Source: Candidatus Kaiserbacteria bacterium (GTDB lineage: Bacteria > Patescibacteriota > Minisyncoccia > Phycocordibacterales > UBA918). From it: a stretch of 64,000 bases of DNA. Shown here piece by piece: positions 59,396 through 64,000 of this stretch (position 1 is the first letter of the stretch; each line of letters begins with the position of its first letter). Location: assembly GCA_031430855.1 (NCBI GenBank), contig JANPCG010000013.1:99781-163780 (forward strand), given 5' to 3'. The notes beneath the pieces were generated by a model, which was not told the origin of the DNA, did not search any database, and was given only the letters and a program-made list of their open reading frames with translations. A program made the position numbers and the translations under genes.

Positions 59396-60352
59396 ATGTT
59401 TACTCACTGTCTCATTATTGGAAAGTTCTACCCACCACACCGCGGACATAAGTATTTAATAGATACGGCTATCGAACGGAGTCGAGAAGTAACCGTAATA
59501 GTCTGCTACAAAGCAGGACAAGAAATCTCGGGCGTGCTACGTGCGCAGTGGATACAGCGGATTCATCCAACCGTTCACGTGAAGTTGCTCGATGATAATC
59601 GCTTGCGTGATGATGATTCAGCTGGTTGGGCCGAGTCGACAGTGAGTGTCCTGGGATTTGTGCCGGACGCGGTCTTTACCTCAGAAGCGTATGGCGATAC
59701 CTATGCATCATTCATGGGGTGCGTGCATGTGCTGGTTGATAAGGAGCGTACCCATATTCCGATTAGTGCCACGATGGTACGGAGTGACCCAGTAAAGTAC
59801 GCAGAATTTTTAGAACCGTGTGTGCGGGCGTACTTTGCGAAACGGATTGCGATTGTAGGAGCCGAATCTACCGGAACTACAACGCTTGCTCGGGCCTTGG
59901 CTGAACACTTTCATACTACTTGGGTCCCTGAATATGGTCGATTTGTGTCCGAAGGGAAAGTGTATGGGGATGAGCATGCTGCGTGGCGAAGTGAGGAGTT
60001 TGAAGCGATTGCTCGAACGCAAGGAGTGTTTGAAGATTTGCTGGCAGAATCATCAAACGGACTCGTTGTGTGCGACACCAATCCGTTTGCAACCGGTATC
60101 TGGCATGAACGGTACATGGGGACGCGTTCCAAAGCGGTCGAGAAGATTGCGGCTGAGCGTTCGTATGCTCTCACTGTCGTCACGGGAGATGAGATACCGT
60201 TTGTGCAAGATGGGCTACGTGATGGCGAACACCTCCGGCACCAGATGCATCAGCAGTTTATTGATCGATTGATTGAAACCAAGCAACCATTCATTGTGGT
60301 AACAGGGAGTGTAAAGGCTCGGGTGTCTCAGGTATTATCGGCACTCGCATAA
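59396..60352 (+). CDS. nadR: NadR-like bifunctional NMN adenylyltransferase/ribosylnicotinamide kinase without HTH
   Basis: GKFYPPHRGH, ISAT.VR, GAESTGTTT, VPEYGR, CDT, FVQDGLR. Confidence 0.88.
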   Translation: MFTHCLIIGKFYPPHRGHKYLIDTAIERSREVTVIVCYKAGQEISGVLRAQWIQRIHPTVHVKLLDDNRLRDDDSAGWAESTVSVLGFVPDAVFTSEAYGDTYASFMGCVHVLVDKERTHIPISATMVRSDPVKYAEFLEPCVRAYFAKRIAIVGAESTGTTTLARALAEHFHTTWVPEYGRFVSEGKVYGDEHAAWRSEEFEAIARTQGVFEDLLAESSNGLVVCDTNPFATGIWHERYMGTRSKAVEKIAAERSYALTVVTGDEIPFVQDGLRDGEHLRHQMHQQFIDRLIETKQPFIVVTGSVKARVSQVLSALA

Positions 60353-60432
60353 ACATAGTATTAATTAGTCTATGGACATTATTAAAAAATCTTGTATAAT
60401 CACAAGCTGAACCAGTCAATCGGAGAACTGAG

Positions 60433-60690
60433 ATGTCGCTCTCGCAACAAGAAATCAACAAGTCCGCCATCACTGCCGCGATCATCGTCAATGATCAATC
60501 TGACGAGATCCTGCTCGATTGGATGGTGCAGCTCAGGACTGAAGCTCAAAAGCAGAAGTTTATCGGGGTGGTGCATTCCGTGTTGGCTGGCGCTGTCGGT
60601 AAGCCACTCGAAGGCATTTCCAGGGAATTTGTTGAAGATGTCGTCCGTCGCATCGAGCGCACGCTTGAACTCAGATTTCCGGCGTCCTAA
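60433..60690 (+). CDS. Small hypothetical protein
   Basis: GGAGA SD; hairpin terminator downstream. Confidence 0.55.
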   Translation: MSLSQQEINKSAITAAIIVNDQSDEILLDWMVQLRTEAQKQKFIGVVHSVLAGAVGKPLEGISREFVEDVVRRIERTLELRFPAS

Positions 60691-60822
60691 TAATCAGACC
60701 GCGAAGCTCCGGCCCCCGAACTTGTTTCGGGGGTCGCTTTGTTTGAAGTCAAATGTATTTGATAGACTTTTTTGCATTATCTTGTAGTATTTAAAATTGA
60801 AATGTTCAGGGGGGGTAGAGTC

Positions 60823-61119
60823 ATGGCTCTTTACGTAATTAGCTCGTTGATGCATCTCCATAAAGGAGAAGTAAAGCTCATCAAAGGGTACATGCAAGTT
60901 GTTGTAACCAATCAGCCAGATTCGGAAGAGAGAGCCAAAGAGATTTTTGATGAGGCTTTCGAAAAGGGTTCCGAGTCAGCAGAAGGTTGGCAACTAACCG
61001 GTGAGCCTTTGCTGGTTGAGTTATTCCAGCATCACATTGCTGAATGGGGGAAGTGGATCAGTACAGCACCAGAAAAACTTGAGATGAAAAAATCACATTT
61101 GCGGTTGGTGAAAGAATAG
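60823..61119 (+). CDS. Small hypothetical protein
   Basis: G-rich SD-like sequence; hairpin terminator downstream. Confidence 0.55.
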   Translation: MALYVISSLMHLHKGEVKLIKGYMQVVVTNQPDSEERAKEIFDEAFEKGSESAEGWQLTGEPLLVELFQHHIAEWGKWISTAPEKLEMKKSHLRLVKE

Positions 61120-61248
61120 TCCCCGAAGTGAGTTCCCGGACTCGTTTCGGGGGCTGCTTTGTTTTTATAGACCCACTATTACCTGCCGGTAGTTTAATGC
61201 CTCAAGTATCCTTGTAGTATCGTGAAAGTGTGTTATGTTTTTTAGATT

Positions 61249-62118
61249 ATGAAACACTTCAAAGCGTTTGCCGAGCGAGTCAAAAATGCAACACATAACC
61301 CAGCCTTTTATCAGAATGTAGTTACTGAACCGCGAGGTAAGGCAATCTGGTTTCTGTTTTGGGCTAATGTAGTCGCAATTACCGTATTTGCCATTAGTGT
61401 CTTGGTGGTACTGATTCCGGCCATGATTGATTTTTCAAAGAATACCTACGTTACTGATTTGTATCCCGATGACCTGGTGGTTGAAATTAAAGGTGGTATC
61501 GCTACCGTGAACCAGCCGGTGCCGTACCTTGTCGCAACTCGTGAGGAATTTGAGATAGATAACGTAAACTTTTTTGTCATTGATACGAGTGATGGGGTAT
61601 CAATGGATACTATTAAGTCTTATGATTCTTTTGCCGTTTTGACCAAGGATTCAGTGTATGTTGAACAAAATGATAATGAAATGCGTGTTTTTTCGTTACG
61701 TGATGCAGGAGATGTCACCATTAATGAAGAAAATGTAGAGACGTGGACAAATACCGCAGAAAAATGGACGTACGTAGCAGTACTTCCGCTGACCTTAATG
61801 ATGATTGGTATGCTTGCAGGGTTTAGTCTCGTCTATTATCTCGTGGTGAGTTTCGTGTTGGCACTCATACCGCTCTTGGTTGGAAAAATCCTCAAATTAA
61901 CTATTAGTTATAGGAGTGCCTATATTATTTCCTTGTATGCGCTCATTCCGGTGGTAGTGGTTGATATGGTGGCAATGCTCATGGGAACGTTGTCGCTACC
62001 GTTTATGGTGACGGTTGTTATCTTTACTTTTTTCTTAGTATTTAACCTTCGGGGCTGGAAAAAGGAGGAGGATATACCGGCAGTAAGTACATCTGACGAA
62101 GTGAGTCCGTTGGTTTAA
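61249..62118 (+). CDS. DUF1189-like membrane protein
   Basis: One N-terminal TM, extracellular domain, several C-terminal TMs. Confidence 0.7.
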   Translation: MKHFKAFAERVKNATHNPAFYQNVVTEPRGKAIWFLFWANVVAITVFAISVLVVLIPAMIDFSKNTYVTDLYPDDLVVEIKGGIATVNQPVPYLVATREEFEIDNVNFFVIDTSDGVSMDTIKSYDSFAVLTKDSVYVEQNDNEMRVFSLRDAGDVTINEENVETWTNTAEKWTYVAVLPLTLMMIGMLAGFSLVYYLVVSFVLALIPLLVGKILKLTISYRSAYIISLYALIPVVVVDMVAMLMGTLSLPFMVTVVIFTFFLVFNLRGWKKEEDIPAVSTSDEVSPLV

Positions 62119-62160
62119 TGGTATCTATTATTGTCAAATAATTCTCTCTGGTTTGCTAGG

Positions 62161-62625
62161 ATGAAAATGAAAAAAGTAATCATTATAGGATGTGTTGCGG
62201 TCGGTATAATCTTTCTGTTGACAGCAGTGGCGTATGTTCAAAAAACTAATACAACTCCCACTCCAATTGGTGAACCTTTGGTTGGTATTCAAGAGACTGA
62301 TGTCACCCAAGTCGAATCAATAAAAGGAAATGAAGTAACTGAACGATATAGCGCTCAGGTAGATCGGGTAAAAGTCATTTTTGAACACAATAACTACACT
62401 ACCTACCGACTTCAAACAAATGATTTAGTGAGAACTGGTGACATGAATACTGAACGCGGATATAAAGATGACATAGATGCGACGGTGTATGTTCTCAATT
62501 GGCAACTGCCAGAAGGAAAACAGATGCGGTATGTTCGACTGACGGCTGAACCAGAGTATCTCTATGGTCTTGATAGCGCCGGTGAAGTACTTCGTGGTAG
62601 TCGACTGATTAGAGAACAAGACTAA
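62161..62625 (+). CDS. Single-TM hypothetical protein
   Basis: MKMKK followed by a hydrophobic helix. Confidence 0.65.
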   Translation: MKMKKVIIIGCVAVGIIFLLTAVAYVQKTNTTPTPIGEPLVGIQETDVTQVESIKGNEVTERYSAQVDRVKVIFEHNNYTTYRLQTNDLVRTGDMNTERGYKDDIDATVYVLNWQLPEGKQMRYVRLTAEPEYLYGLDSAGEVLRGSRLIREQD

Positions 62626-62693
62626 TTAACTTTATTGTCTGTGTCTAATATCGAGTCGGTTATACAACGTGATGGTATACTCTATTTACAACT

Positions 62694-64000
62694 ATGGAAC
62701 AGGGTGATCCTTTGGAAGCATTACCAACAGAATCTGGAGTAATTAATTCACCAGCAGTTCTTCCTGTCGTCGAAAAAATACCCATGAAAGCGAGGTTCAT
62801 AAATTACATTAGTGCACACCGACGCAACTTGGTTCGCGGGTTTGGAGCACTAGTAGTGCTTGTTGTTGTTGGTGGTGGATTGGGCTGGTATTACACTCAA
62901 GACCGTCATGTCTCCATGAAGCAGTTTACCAATGTCTATTCGTTTGTCCCGGAAAAGGTTTCTAAAAGCGCCGCCATTCAGATTAATTTACCAAATGGCG
63001 TACCAGAAGATCTCGCACGTACTAGTATTACGTTTAGTCCTGAGGTGGACGGTGAATGGCAGACCGAAAGTCTCGAGGGAATTGTTTCGTTTAAACCAAA
63101 AAAGCCACTGCGCTCTCAGGTGTATTACGCGGTCAATATGGATACGGGGTCAATCCAGATGTCAGGTGATTTTTATGTTGATGAGGATCCAAAAATCGAG
63201 ACTATTTTCCCGGCTGCGCAAAGTGAATCACACGAAGATAGTGAAATTACCATTGTTTTTAATCGTCCAATGGTGCCATTAACGACGCTTACCGAACAAG
63301 AATTAGTTGAGATACCCGTCACTATTACCCCCGAGACGCCAGGAAAATTTAAGTGGATCAGTACCCGAAATTTACAATTTATTCCAGAGACGACACTAAT
63401 ACCTTCGTCACAATATACGGTTGTCGTTGGGGACGGCCTATATTCAATTGATGGGTTGCCCATTGCTCCAATCACTCATACATTTATAACGCGGCCATTA
63501 CGGTACGAAAGTGTGTCATCTGATCAGATTGGCTACCGTTCGCCGGTGATTGTGGTCTTTAACCAGCCGGTAGACCTCAAAGAAACAGCGGGAAATATTA
63601 GTGTGTCGACAGCCGCTGGGGAGAAGGTGGCACTTGATATAGAGTATGGTGAAATTACCGAATATGACCGGGAAACTCGCAAAAATACTACCAAGGAAGA
63701 CAAACGTAAGCTTTATATTTATCAAAAGAAAGATATTCATGGGCGAAGTCGACTCTGGAACTTCGATACCACCTACGCAGTTGAGATTAAAGGAGCGACA
63801 CCCCTTAAGGGAACTATGAATTTAGAAGAAGGAAGTAACACCATGGTGTCAGTAGCGACTATTGTAGAAAGTGTGACGGCGCAATCAGATCGTACGACAC
63901 TACTGCGTCCTGATCTAGTTGATCCAGAAGGCACGGTTACCGTCACGTTTTTTGATGATGTCGACAAAGACCGTTCGACCATTTCAGCAAAAGGACTGAA
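62694..64000 (+). CDS. 5' part of a large membrane-anchored Ig-like repeat protein, alpha-2-macroglobulin-like; runs off the window
   Basis: Manually translated from ATG 62694: TM, then ITIVFNRPMV, ITP...GKFKW...LQFIP; missing from the ORF track because no stop is in the window. Confidence 0.75.
   Translation, partial: MEQGDPLEALPTESGVINSPAVLPVVEKIPMKARFINYISAHRRNLVRGFGALVVLVVVGGGLGWYYTQDRHVSMKQFTNVYSFVPEKVSKSAAIQINLPNGVPEDLARTSITFSPEVDGEWQTESLEGIVSFKPKKPLRSQVYYAVNMDTGSIQMSGDFYVDEDPKIETIFPAAQSESHEDSEITIVFNRPMVPLTTLTEQELVEIPVTITPETPGKFKWISTRNLQFIPETTLIPSSQYTVVVGDGLYSIDGLPIAPITHTFITRPLRYESVSSDQIGYRSPVIVVFNQPVDLKETAGNISVSTAAGEKVALDIEYGEITEYDRETRKNTTKEDKRKLYIYQKKDIHGRSRLWNFDTTYAVEIKGATPLKGTMNLEEGSNTMVSVATIVESVTAQSDRTTLLRPDLVDPEGTVTVTFFDDVDKDRSTISAKGL

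Noticed and set aside
59858-59885. NadR Walker A with Thr in place of Lys (GAESTGTTT) as a sign of inactivation
   Set aside because: I recall this variant in other NadR-like proteins and the remaining motifs are intact; not verified by search
193-63982. Numerous antisense and alternate-frame ORFs in the track (for example 193..675, 8079..8657, 15607..16197, 29633..30187, 62932..63982)
   Set aside because: They shadow longer, motif-supported genes and have no independent support

Overview
Bacterial chromosome segment, genetic code 11 (TGA used as stop; tRNA-Trp CCA present). Gene content and style (pilin-like fusions, short DnaX, mostly SD-less core genes, many orphans) suggest a Patescibacteria/CPR organism, probably Parcubacteria; this is inference. 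Layout: (1) 1-7.6 kb, right end of an AT-rich element integrated at tRNA-Tyr, with a large serine recombinase and a kinase/TIM-barrel-like fusion plus PD-(D/E)xK pair; (2) 7.7-12.1 kb, three pilin-like proteins, each carrying a different cell-wall-hydrolase-like tip; (3) 12.6-35 kb, core genes (miaA, parB, relA/spoT, pyrC/D, topA, dprA, serS, ftsQ-like, dus, dnaX) and tRNAs; (4) 35.2-53.6 kb, AT-rich island after tRNA-Gln with a ProRS/racemase/Ddl/MurF/dioxygenase/ATP-grasp cluster; (5) 53.7-55.1 kb, a compact stand-alone reverse transcriptase followed by an extensively base-paired ~320-nt putative ncRNA and a terminator, which is the best candidate for an undescribed system; (6) metalloproteases, pnuC-nadR and membrane proteins to the window end. 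All calls come from motif recognition and manual base-pairing; no searches were run.
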